From Proteromonas lacertae (Eukaryota), in the NCBI GenBank assembly GCA_002245135.1, contig NGBS01000293.1, positions 186,001 to 250,000 of the forward strand: a DNA stretch of 64,000 bases, in the 5' to 3' direction. A program made the translations under genes and the position numbers. Of this stretch, positions 40,169-53,057 are shown in pieces. Each line of letters begins with the position of its first letter. Position 1 is the stretch's first letter. The notes beneath the pieces are model-generated. The model searched no databases. It saw only the letters and a program-made list of their open reading frames with translations, and was not told the origin of the DNA.

Positions 40169-42456
40169 CTAATCACTATCAAAATCTTCAATTTCATCAT
40201 CTCCCACAGTTGTCTTAGTAGAATATGCATTTTGATTCAATTTCTGTCTCTTACGCTTAGCACCACCACCACCACATCCATTCCCAATAACATCTTTCAC
40301 CAATTTCACTTTTGTTATATTTTCATTTCTTCCTCTTTTCACTTTATCATCTTCACTTTCAATTTCTTCTTCAATTATGGCTTGGTTTGATGTAGTAGGA
40401 GTTGGTATTGGTGTAGTAGATGGTGTAGCACCTGTTGTAGTTGTACTTATTGAAGATCTTACTTCATCATCTTTCAAGTTGTTATTTATACTATTGTTTT
40501 TATTATCATAATTATTCAAAGATAATGATAATGAATTTAGTGATGAATCTGATTCTATTATCGATGTTAATGTTTGTTGAACCGGTGTTGTACCGATTGT
40601 GACGGTTGTGAATCTGGTGGTAATTGAGCGAATTGACTAGCATTTTGTGATAATATAGTTGGTGAATTAAATGTCATATTGTTTACGATTTGTGACAATT
40701 CCTCAGATTGTGATTTCTTTTCTAATGGGTTAGATTCATTTACTTTCTTCTTCTCATTGTCATTTATATTTATTTCTTGTTTTTGAGCTTCATTTTCAGC
40801 ATCTGTCTTGGTAGTTATGGGTAATGGGTTAGATCTCGTTCCTTTACTAGTTTTATCGCTTGTGGTGTTAGAATCTGTATTTGAACCATCAGATTTCTTT
40901 AATAAATACGAATCTAAATCAGGAGTAGGACAATTTGGTCCAAATGCTTGATATTGGTCTATAAAGTCATTATATTCCAGCTTACAATCTTTCAATATTT
41001 TATCTTTAAACCATGGATGTTCTAGTGCCTGTGTAGCTGTATATCTCTGAGTTGGATCTTTCACTATCAAATGATCAATCAAATCCTTGGCATCATTCGA
41101 TATATTATTCCATATAGGATCAGCATATGCATACATCGCTGTTAGTATCTGATTATTCAAACTATCATTATTAAACGGTGATGTAGCTGATAATATATTG
41201 AAAAAAATCACTCCACAACTCCACAAATCAACACTGTTATCATAAGGAGATAAATCATTAGGATTGTTATTATTACGCATTAATACTTCAGGAGCGAGAT
41301 ATTGCATTGTACCGCAGAAGGTAGTGAGATTACTTTCATTTGTTACCATCTAAATAATAATAAAAAGAAGAGGTGAAAAAATCAATATAATATAATGTAT
41401 ATATACTTTTGCCAATCCAAAATCCGTAATCTTAATCATTGTTTTATCATTCCTAGTCAATAATATATTCTCTGGCTTTAAGTCTCGATGGACTATATGA
41501 TTATCATGCATATATTCTACAGCCTTTAATATCCTCCAACATATCTTCTTAGCATCTAATTCAGTATAAGGTCCTGTATTGGCTAATCTTTCAAATAATT
41601 CACCACCATCGATTAATTCCATTACGATATACATTTGATCTTTTGATTCTAAGATTTCTCGTAATGCAGTGATGTATGGACAATGTAAAGCACTGAGGAC
41701 TTTGGCTTCTTGGATTAAATTGTTAGTTGGTAACTATAAGAAATTTAAAAATTAAAATTAAAAATACTGATAGTCGATTTTTGGAGATGATTTTTATTGC
41801 ATATGATTTATTAGTTAATTCATCTACTGCTAGTCTTACTTCACCATACGTACCTCTTCCTAACTCTTTACCTATTATATATTTTGAAGTGATTTCTTCT
41901 GGGAATGTTTTAATGTCTACTTTTGTGGATTTAAATACGAATTCTGCAAAGGCATGTGGTGATCCTGGTGGATAAGAGAGTGAGATTTGATCTCCCGATG
42001 AGATTCTCTTCTTTTGACCAGCAATTAGTTGAGTATTGTTTAACCATGTACCGTTTGCGCTTTGGTCGAGTATAAATACGATTTGATTGTCTATTGGATG
42101 GCATCTTATTATACAGTGAGTCTATTAAGTTAACAATAAATATGAAATTTGTTATACCCCACTAATTTTACCATTCTTCACTGTTATTGTGTTATTTTTC
42201 CTTCTTCCTATGGTAATCTAATTTTAAAATGAACAAAGAGTAAAGATACTTCATTCTGTTTTAATTGGTAGACGTCATTGGTTGTTTTAATTGATAAAAG
42301 CACACCCCAAGTCTCAGGCTAAATAATAAATGCAATGTATCATACATCGAGCCTTGATTCAGCTTTTGTTGTATTAGGAAGTCTGAACATAAAAAATATT
42401 ACCATATACTCGTATTGTGAACTTGGCTGAGTGAGACCATTATCTTCATCTTCCAT
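40169..42456 (-). CDS. CHEK2: Chk2/Rad53/Cds1-like FHA-domain Ser/Thr kinase, 6 introns, one apparent frameshift at about 40588
   Basis: FHA motifs are ITIGR, ISG|THC and DQSANGTWLN. Kinase motifs are LGRGTYGEV, YAIKII, HRDLKPEN, DFG, CGTMQYLAPE and VDLWSCG. SQ/TQ pairs are present. The tail continues in another frame to the stop at 40169. Confidence 0.75.
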
Positions 42457-42704
42457 TTTTACTTCTTAATCACTCAATTTAAAAAATGGAATTTAAAAAA
42501 TAAAATTAATTCGTTTCACATTGAAATCTTCATTTATTGCTTCACAGAAACATTTAAAGTAGATGCAAATGGTTTTAAAGTAAAAAATGAGATATATAGT
42601 ATATCCGAAACTGAAATAAATCACAATATGAGCAGATTCTCAAAATTCTTACATAAACAAGATTTAACATAAAAATAATATAATCACTTATAGAAATAGA
42701 AAAA

Positions 42705-44822
42705 TTACAAAGTAGCAATAGAGCTTTCCATGTTAACATGATAGACGAATATTTTACCACTCTGTGTTCCGCACAAGATTGAATTACTAGCAAAGTTATA
42801 ATGGCAAGCAGTGAAAGAATCTTCATTGGTAATAAATTGTTGATACTATTCATATAGATTTACATATCTCAAATACATACTTTGTTATTGTAATCCCATA
42901 CATATAATCCATTATCAGTAGCACCTATGATGTATTTATTACTTGGACTATAATAGATAGTTCCATAATTTATTGAATTACAAGGAAGATTCCATTTATG
43001 TAATAATTACAAATATGTCATTAAAAAAACTATAAATAAATTTTAAAAAAGAAAAAAAAGGATATCATCATATTATTAACCAAGTCCCACTCTTTAATCG
43101 TACAATCAGTTCCTATCGATAATAATCGATTGTTATCTTCATTCAATCTCAAAGATAATACACTATCATGAGATTTCCAGCTATTTGTTAATACACCATT
43201 GCTATTGTATATTTTAATACTACCATCACTACAACCTGATATTAATGAATTGCCATTACGAGTGTATGTCAAATCATTCACTATATTATATATATATATA
43301 TATTATACCATAAAAATGACAAGGTATTTCAATATTCACACTCAAACTCTTCCAATTACCTTGAATAATTTTACCTTCATGTTTAGAAGGTGAATATATA
43401 AATGAAGCAAATTCGTAAGGCTTTGGACTGGATATTAATGAAGAAACAACTGGATATTTCGCATCAATTCCCATTTCACTTACTACTTTACCTGAATGCA
43501 TATCATATAGTCGAATGATTTGGTTTGAATTTCCATACATCAAATACTCATGTCCTCCAGACATCCAATCAAATGATGTAATTTTTCCTGTAGAAAATAA
43601 TGAAACGGCTAATTTTCTATTTAATAAATTGGTATTTTTTGTATTGTATATTTTAATAGTACCATCTTCACTTCCACTAGCGAAGTAATTTGAGGATGTT
43701 GAATATTTACAGCAACTTACTTGCATCGTATGATCGTTGAATGTTTCAGTATTATCTACTCCAATCATTGATAAATTAGTGGAAATATCACTATTATCTT
43801 GAGATATATTTGAATCTTCATCTTTTGTAGCATCTATTTAATAATAATAAAAACATATATATATTTTATGTTATATATATATATATATACTTTTATCTAG
43901 TAATGTTTCAAAACTATGAATACATTCAGATATCTCTTGAAGTTTTGATGGTTCTAATGGTTGAGTGGTTAAATCATTTTTCTATTTATTATATATATAT
44001 ATATATACAAATAAATCATTCTTTAATAATGTCACAAATTCTAATCCTTTCTTCTGTATATTCTGTAATTGAGCATTTAAAATTGTAATATTATTTTCAT
44101 ATAATAATATTTGAGAGTGTAATGTAAATAATTCACTCTCTTTCTTACGATTTTCTAATCTTCCTGATTGCAATGATATTAAATTTGGAAGTTGAACATT
44201 CACGAATACAGTAGACAAGAAATTTGTAACTGATGTTTTAACTGATACTTCCCAACTACTGGAAAAGAAAGGTAAAAACCTTTTATCGTTCTATTTATTA
44301 TTATTATTATATTATTAATAATAATATAGTATACTTGTGGTTGATTAATGAATGGAATACTAAACCAAGCTGACCAATCGGAATTTGGTAAACCTTCTGA
44401 TTCTATCACCAAGGTAGATGAATTATTCTTAAGATAGTCCATTGCCATTTGCATATTTCCTGCTTTGATTGCTGTTACTACATATAAACGACGAAATGAC
44501 AGTAAAAATAATTTTATTGAGTCATTGTATTTGCTATCCATCGCTGAAAAGAATCTAGCGTTTAAAAATGACCATAAATCATTGAACCCATTGATATCAA
44601 GACTATGAGTTATATAGACAATATTTATTATTACTTGTGTATCCTTGAGAATAATTCATCAACAATCTTTTCAACACTGAAATCAAATAACTTATCACTC
44701 TTTCTATCACCAATAAAAGAACGATAAGACTGCAAAATAGATATTTACGTCTATACTGTTAAAAATCCTCTGAAAAGTAGGTATTCTGCAACTAGATCAT
44801 CCAATTGATTCAAATTGTTCAT
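42705..44822 (-). CDS. WDR91: WD repeat-containing protein 91 (LisH-like N-terminus plus WD40 propeller)
   Basis: Spliced N-terminus MNNLNQLDDLVAEYLLFRGFLT...FSVEKIVDEL...LWSFLNARFFS...WSAWFSIPF...FFSSSW matches my recollection of WDR91. WD40 repeats include FASGSEDGTIKIY, ISGCSDGSIKIY and LSIGTDCTIKEWD. Confidence 0.85.
43007..43065 (-). other. U12-type intron with non-canonical AT-AA termini, 59 nt
   Basis: Perfect U12 donor ATATCCTTT and branch-like TTTTTTTAAT. Cutting after ...TTTGTAA restores the frame (EWDLVNNMM|LLHKWNLP), whereas the nearby AG and AC acceptors do not. Confidence 0.65.
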
Positions 44823-44918
44823 TTAAATCACAAAAATAATAGATTCTTAAATTGGGTTGTGAAAAAAAGGCGGGATTGATCTTTTTCTTGATCTTTCATT
44901 CTCTTTTTCTAATCAGCA

Positions 44919-46750
44919 ATGGCAGATCTAGTGCAACAGTTCAAATCATATGTTGATAAAATGATCACAGGAACCACAGGAATGAAAGTCTTCCTGTTTG
45001 ATAAAGAGACTGTATTAAATCTTCTATCTTTAATTGTAGGTAAGATATATCTCATGTGTTTACACACAGACACAAATTTTAGAAAAAGAAGGTATAAACG
45101 TGAATCTATTTGCTTAAATAGTCTATCTTGTTGAATTACTAAGAGCTAACCATGATAAGATGGATCATTTAAAAGTATTTTCCTATTATCTAGTTAAATA
45201 TCTAGGCTATTTGCTTCATAAGACCAACAGAAGATAATATAGCTGATTTAAAGAATGAATTAGCTAGTCCTAAATTCTCTGAATATTATATATGTATATA
45301 TTGCAATTTTATTATTAGTCTTTTCCAATGTATGTCCACAATTATGGTTAAAAGATCTAGCTCAGAGTGACAAAAAAGGAATGGTTCGAGCAATCTACGA
45401 ATATTATGCAGATTATTATGCAATCAATCCCTGCTTATTTACCTTAGATCGTCCAAGATGTCTGACATTATTAAGTCCACCAGGTAGATGGGACAGATAT
45501 GGAAATGAATTATTCATCCACGAAGTACAAGGAGTAGTAGCTTCATTATTATCCTTAAAATGTCGACCTCAAATCCGATATCAAGCTGGATCAGATGGTG
45601 CTTTAAAAATAGCTGAAGAAGTCAAGCATCAAATTGAAGTAGAAGATAATAGAGGAACACTATTCAAATATCCAGCCAATCCTCCACCTGTTTTATTAAT
45701 ATTTGATCGTCGTGAAGATCCAATAACACCTCTTCTATTACAATGGACTTATCAAGCAATGATTCATGAATTATTAACAATTAATAATAATGAAGTAAAT
45801 ATGAGTAAAGTTCCAGGTATAAAACCAGAACTAAAGACAATTGTATTAACTACAGAACATGATAACTTCTACAGAGATCACTTATATGATAATTTTGGTG
45901 ATATAGCTGTAGCTGTAAAAGACTTGACTGAAACTTATGCAAGAGAGAATAAGAAGAATTCAAATATCAATAGCATTGAAGATATGCAAAGATTTGTAGA
46001 GGAATATGGAGAATTTAAGAAACTATCAACTTCAGTTTCAAAACATATATCCTTACTTTCAGAGATGAATAGAATAGTTGATAATCGAATTTTATTCAAA
46101 GTATCTGAATTACAACAAGAAATAGTATGTGGTAATGATTATACAAGCCATACAAAACAATTGAATGAGTTATTATCTGATGAATCATTGAATAAAGATG
46201 ATGCTTTGAGATTAGTGATTATATACTTCTTAAGATATGAGAGTAAAGCAAAGAATTCAATAAATACGTATAAGAATAAATTAAGAGAATTGGATTGTGA
46301 TGATTTTGATTTGAGTTTGTTTGATAATGTTTTAGAGTATATATATGTTATTATATATTATTATTTTATAGATTTGCTGGTGAAAAGAACCGTAATGGTG
46401 AATTATTTGCTAAAGGTGTATTTGGCAATGTAGTTAGTGGTTTAAAGAAAGAATTAGGAGGAGTTAGAAATGTATATACTCAACATAGACCATTAATATT
46501 AAACTATTTAAACCAATTAAAGAGTAATAAATTAAAAGATTCAGTATTTCCATATGCTTATGGAAGTGGAGGTAAAACTGTCCCTCAAACTGTAATTATT
46601 TATATCGTAGGAGGTGTTACCTATGAAGAAGCGTTATATGTTCATGAATTTAATGAAGAGAATAGTGATATGAATGTAGTAATAGGTGGAACAAGAATGT
46701 TGAATAGTGCAATATTTATGGGTGAGGTTAATGCTTATTGTAAACTTTAG
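44919..46750 (+). CDS. VPS45: Vacuolar protein sorting 45 (Sec1/Munc18 family), 5 introns of about 25-35 nt
   Basis: Spliced motifs include MKVFLFDKET, YTQTQILEKEVYL, HLKAICFIRPT, PKFSEYYIFFSN, DRREDPITPLLLQWTYQAMIHEL, NVYTQHRP, IVGGVTYEEA and IGGT. Stop TAG at 46748-46750. Confidence 0.92.
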
Positions 46751-46892
46751 AGTTATTTCTATATTATTATTATTATGTTATAATATTATATTATGTTTTT
46801 TTTTTAGTAAAAAATGATCTAGGCTTGATTCCTCTATCAAATCACTTTTAAGATTTTTGTTTTTCTCATTAGATAGAAATAAAAATTACTCA

Positions 46893-49800
46893 ATGAATTA
46901 TAATTGTGATAATATGAGCATATATGTATAAATATTTAAATATATTTTATTAGAAAAGTTCAGATTCTTTATTTGGTTTAAAAGTATAAATTTGTTTGTT
47001 ATATGATAGATATTAAGTTTTATTAAATCAACGAAATATTCAGAAACATTTCATACGGAAGATAAGAATAGAGAAGAAAAGATCGTGAAGGTTTATGATA
47101 AACGTAATTATGATATTGAAATTCTATCTAACTATGTAATATAAGATATTTATATTGTTCATAGATGAATAAGATGAGTTTAATCACATCCTTTGTTAAT
47201 CCATTTATTGTTGTGAAAATCGATATATTGTATAATAATTTAATGATCTATACACCATATTATAAGAATGGTTCAATCGAATTAATATCAGAATTTAATG
47301 ATGAAAGAATAAGAAAGATATTCGCTGAAATAAGCTATGAGTTATGTTTATTGGATGAATTTAATCTAATTCATGGAAGAATCAAACCTAGTAATGTTTT
47401 AATAAATGATGTTGGTAATTATACACTAAGTAATTACTTTGAAAATGATTTAAATGAGTTGCAAAGCTATACATATGAAGATTTATACTTCATATCTCCA
47501 GAAGTATTAAAAGGTAAAGAGATAAGTAATAAAAGTGATATATTCAGTTTAGGTGTTTTATTACATTATATTTTATTTAATAAAAGTGCATTATTATGCA
47601 GTAATTATAACTCAAATCTATCAAAATACTTCAAAATGTTTCATAAATGTTTAGATATAAATCCAAACAAAAGACCAACAATCAAAGAGATTTATAACAG
47701 TTACTCAGAAGATATGACAGAAATATTAAACAAAGATGATGTGATTAATATGTTATTGAATGATCCAGATTTTATTTATGAATTAATATCAAATGATTAT
47801 GAAATAGAAGATTCAATAATATATGATAGAATAATCACAGAAAAAGGTAATATTATATTGTATAATATGTATAGAAAACTTAATAAAAATGATAAGTCAT
47901 TACAATAGTTATAATAAATTGACATACATTTCCTATCTATTGAATATCAGTTGGTTAAATGAAGAGAATAAAAAATTAATCAATTCATTAATAAAGAAAG
48001 AAAACAGTTTAACAGAATCATTATATCTTCATTCCGAAACTCCCTATCAATTGAATTTATCAAATATTAATAATGAAGAAGTGATAAACCAAATGAATTT
48101 CAATCATCTACACCAATTACACATGCTGAATTTATATAATTCAAAGCTAACAAAAACTATCCAATCCTATTCAATATTTCCCTATTTAGAGAAACTGAAT
48201 ATATCTAGTATATATGAATAATTTATATTTCATTAACTTAGAAAGTATAAATCTGCACAATAAAATGAAAGAAATGTCATTACAATTATCTAATTTACCT
48301 CATTTAAAATCACTTAAACTATCTTCTTCTAATCTAAGAGATAATGACATATTAGTATTTCTACATTACTGTAATGTATTTAAAGAACTTTCAAAGTTAT
48401 CTTTATCCTGTATAATATAAATATTGATTAAAATATTATAGATAATAATCTAAGTAATAAGTCAGTTATCTATTTTCATCGATATATGTATAAATTTTCC
48501 AAATTAGAAAAACTGAATTTATGTGGAATAAATTTGAATAAAGAAAGTGTAAAATTATTATTATATCATAACAAATGCAATTCAATTCCATTATATTTTT
48601 CATTTAAAAGTATTACTGTTGTTGTAGTTTTTTATAGTTAATGAAATATCATTTGAATTGTTACTAGAGAATGAATATATAATTGATAATAGTTATTTAT
48701 ATAGACAAATTGAAGATACAGAAAGTATAATAATCATTTATTTCTTATAGATTTTTTCCAGATGTTAATTGTTTTATATATATCAAATCCAAATAATTAT
48801 TATTATGGATTACTTTGTGGTTTTGCAATAACAAATAATTCATATAAATCTGATATATTAGAAAATGTCGATATAAATTCAAGTGAATATAAGATATTAT
48901 CAGGAATATGTGATGGTTATTGCATTTATCTGAATAGTATTCTTTTTTATAAAAATTGAATGTTTATAGATAATAATCTTGATGAAAATGATATAGAAAC
49001 ATTATGCTATACTTTAAAATATTGTCCAAATTTGCTTAAATTATGTATAGAAAATTGTAATATAAATGATGACAAGTTAGATAAACTAAGTAAAGCAATA
49101 TCTAGATTCACTAAACTACGAGAAATCGATCTTTCAAGTATATATTCTATTAAAATGTAAATAGATAATCAAATCACTTCAAAAGGAATAACAGAATTAT
49201 CAAAAACAATAGAAACAATGTCAGATTTAAGGATTTTATCAATTTTTGATAATCATGAAATTGGTGATAAAGGTATAATATCAATAGTTAAATCATTCAA
49301 ATATACAAGAAAACTTGAATCAATTACTTTTGATTGTATATTATTGCTGTGTTGTTCTAATGTAATAGATTGTGGGTGTGAATCATTAGCATTAGAATCA
49401 ATAGCAAGTAATTTACGTTATATTACAAATTTGACTAAATTATATTTAGGAAGTATAATGTATTCATATTATCTAGATATTCATAATTGTGAATCCTCAC
49501 TTCAAAAATTAATGGTACAAATAAAACAATTGAGTATGTTGAAGTTATTTCAAGCATATGGTATAAAAACATAAATATTACTTTTAGATTGTGAAATTTC
49601 TGATGATTTTTTTTCAATATTGTGTAAAAACTTAAGTAGATTGACAAATCTTGAAGAATTAAACGTTGGAAGTATATTTATACTTCACTATCTTTTTTAT
49701 ATTTGAAATAGATAATGAAATTAGTAGTATAGGATTAAAGTGTTTCACACAAAATCTTCATCGTTTTACAAAACTCAAAACAATCAGTTTGTATGGGAAT

Positions 49801-52800
49801 TATATTGATGATGATGGATTAATTTGTTTTTGTAATTCACTTCATTTATTACCATACATAGAAATTATTAATCTAAGAGGTTTAATTTAATATAATCTTA
49901 TTAATAGGCAATAAAATAACTGAAATTGGATGTGAAGTATTATTACAAAAACTAGATGAATTACCAAATGAAATAGATATTTATATTGAAGGTAATTTAA
50001 TAGATACATCAGATAAACCAGATCTTCAATACAGACTAAAAAGAATAAACTCTGGCATGTATTTTTCTTTATTTTTACGTATAAAATAGTTATAAGTAAA
50101 AATGAAGTATATGATTTATTAAAGAATGAAGATTGCTATTCAAATGAAATATTATTAGAAAATGTTGCTATTAATAATGGTATGCTTTAATTCTAGTTGA
50201 TAATTGTTATAGGTTTATTAGAAGATATTATAAATACATTCAATTCAACTAGAAATAACATAATCTTTAACTTTTTATGTAATTTAACAATGAATTACTC
50301 TGACATAAATAATAAATTGATTAATATAATTGATTTCAAAGATGATTATTTAAGATTAAAATATTTCAGATGTATAGGAGATAAATATGATTTTAATGTA
50401 AATTGTACAATTTATTATTTTATAATAAAATAGCTAAAAAGATAACAAAAGAAGATTCAGAATATATAGGTAAGAATATTGCTTGTTTAAAGAAACTTAA
50501 ATATATTGATTTGCGTTGTATTACTATTTGTTATAATAATAGATTGTGGATTGAATGATGATAGAATGAGTGGAATATTGAATGAATTAACTCAACTGAA
50601 TCAATTGGAGTATTTATATATTGGAGGAAACAATTTATCCTCAACAATTATTCCATCATTAATCATTCTGATTAATGCAAACAGAGGTTTAAAAGGTCTA
50701 TCTCTATTTGGTATATGATTTACTTATTAATGTTTCAATAGAGAGTAATATAGATGATAGTGGTATAACTGGACTAAGTAAGAATTTAAGTAATGTTTCT
50801 GAATTAGAATTGTTAATATTCGCAAGTATAAATTCTAATAATCATTTTTTAATAGATAACAGATTCACAACAAAGGGAGTAATAGAATTATCATCAAATT
50901 TATCATACTTGTCCAATTTAAAAAAGTTTTATGTTGATAATAATAGTATTGGTAATGAAGGAATAAAAAGAATAAGTGAAGAATTTAAAAATCTAACAAA
51001 TCTTAAATATATTGATTTTTCAAAAACAAAAATAAATGATATTGGTTTAATATATATTTCAAATAATATATCTCATTTGAAATACTTAAAGAAAATACAT
51101 TTATCAGCTAATGATTTTACTGAGATTGGAATAAGACATTTTTCTAATTCAATCGCAAAATGTGAACATTTAGAAGAGATAGATTTAAATGGATGTGGTA
51201 TAGATTCAATGTCATTTAATGTATTAATGAAATCATTAATACATTTAAATAATTTCACCACAATTAATATGAATTGTATTTATATTATATTTTAATTGAA
51301 TAGATAATGAGATAGGAAATAGTGATGATTTAGAATATTTGAATATAATAGATGGTAATTTACATTTAATCTCATTATCTGTTATTAGATTGAATAGTAT
51401 ACTTCATCAGCTATATACTTAAATAGATAATAATCTTAATGACAAATGTTTTATTAGTTTATGTAATTTCTTATTACAATTACCAAATCTCAAATCATTG
51501 GATATCTCACAAAATAGAATTTCCGATGAAGGAATAAAGGAATTATCAAAACATTTTTCAAAACTCTCAAGATTAGAAGAATTATATATTTGTGTGATTG
51601 ATATATCAGATGATGGAATAAAATTTCTATATAATTCAATGAATTATCTTCAAAGTTTAAGAAATTATTTTCTGTCATACAATAAATTCAGTTTGAATGG
51701 ATTTAAATACATATCTCAATCATTACCATTTTTACATAATTTAATAGGATTATATTTAAGTGAAACAAATTTAAGAGATGAATCAATGAAATTACTATGT
51801 GATAATTTGAAATACACTTCTCAATTGGAAGTATTAAATATAAATTATAATGTAATAAGTTCAGTAAATTGTAAATATTTATCAGATTCACTAGAGTATA
51901 TTCCAAAACTTAAAAGGTTAGATATAAGTTGTATTATTATTATTATTAATCGTTTTAATATTATTGTAGATAATCCAGTTGGTGATAAAGGAGTTAAATA
52001 TTTGTTTAATAATATTAGTAATGTATCTAATTTAGAATCATTAGATTTATCTAGTAATTATTCTTTATTATTATTTCAATAGAATGTGGTTTAACAGATA
52101 TGTCAGTTGAGATAATAAGTAACTCAGTTAGTTCAATATCTAATCTCAATTTTCTTTATTTATCATGTATATATATCAATACCTTTTATAAAAATAGGCA
52201 ATGAATTAACAGATAATTGTATATCAGATTTATGTAGATTATTTGATCCATTATCTGGAAAAATTCAATATTTATATTTATATTTGGATAGTATTTTTTT
52301 TTGTATTAGTCATTAATAGATAATAAATTAACTAATAAAGGGATAAAAGAACTTTTGAATTGTGTTAAAAAATGTTCAGAAACTTATGAAGTATTGTTAT
52401 CAGGAAATGAAATTGAAAATATAGATAATGAACTGTTAGAAGACATAAAATTATACAATCCCAGTTATAAATGGATAGAAAAAATAAATAAGATGGTAAA
52501 AAATGGAAAATATAGTTTTGAAAATAAAGAAGATTATGTTGAAATAGATAAAGGACTGTCTATATTGTATGATATTTGTTATGAATACAATTATAATAAA
52601 AGAAAAGAATATGAATATATTTTTATGAATATTTGTTTATATAATTCAAAGCAACGATATAATATTATGAATTCTACAATATTTAATATACATTCTACAT
52701 GCTATACTCTGTTATCTTCAATAAAAGAAGATCATACAATATGTTTAAATGATATAATCTTTAAGCATGATGAAATACTTGAAATGTCTGAATATTTACC

Positions 52801-52966
52801 TCATTTGACAGAATTATATGTAATTAAAATATGTGGTTGTGAGATTGTTGAAGAAGATATAAAATTAATAAAAGAAAGTGTACAAAATCTTCCAAATATG
52901 ATAGAAATTATAATAGAAAATAAGGAAATAGTAAAGATGGGAAAGAGAAAAAGAAAAGATAGCTAA
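46893..52966 (+). CDS. Pseudokinase plus multiple ribonuclease-inhibitor-type (28-aa) leucine-rich repeat protein, about 27 tiny introns
   Basis: Kinase-like segment reads IHGRIKPSNVLI..SNY..FISPEVLKG..KSDIFSLG..PNKRPT. It is followed by many LxxLxLxxNxIxDxG repeats. The small ORFs from 47165 to 52966 join through mostly phase-1 introns. The 5' exons are less certain. Confidence 0.75.
50055..50089 (+). other. Probable GC-AG intron, 35 nt
   Basis: The G|GCATGT donor keeps the frame (RINS-V-ISKNEVY). The GT donor 4 nt downstream gives an immediate TAA. Confidence 0.6.
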
Positions 52967-53057
52967 TATTAAAAAATGAATAATATATTATTCTTATTTA
53001 CACTCCCAAAAAATAATTCATAAAATAAAATAAATCAAATTTCACTATTATCAATAT

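Noticed and set aside
42575..42853. 92-aa minus-strand ORF after WDR91
   Set aside because: It is out of frame with the true last WD40 exon, which ends at TAA 42705-42707.
44638..44650. GTATCCTT U12-like donor on the + strand
   Set aside because: It lies antisense within a WDR91 exon; the adjacent intron is an ordinary GT-AG on the - strand.
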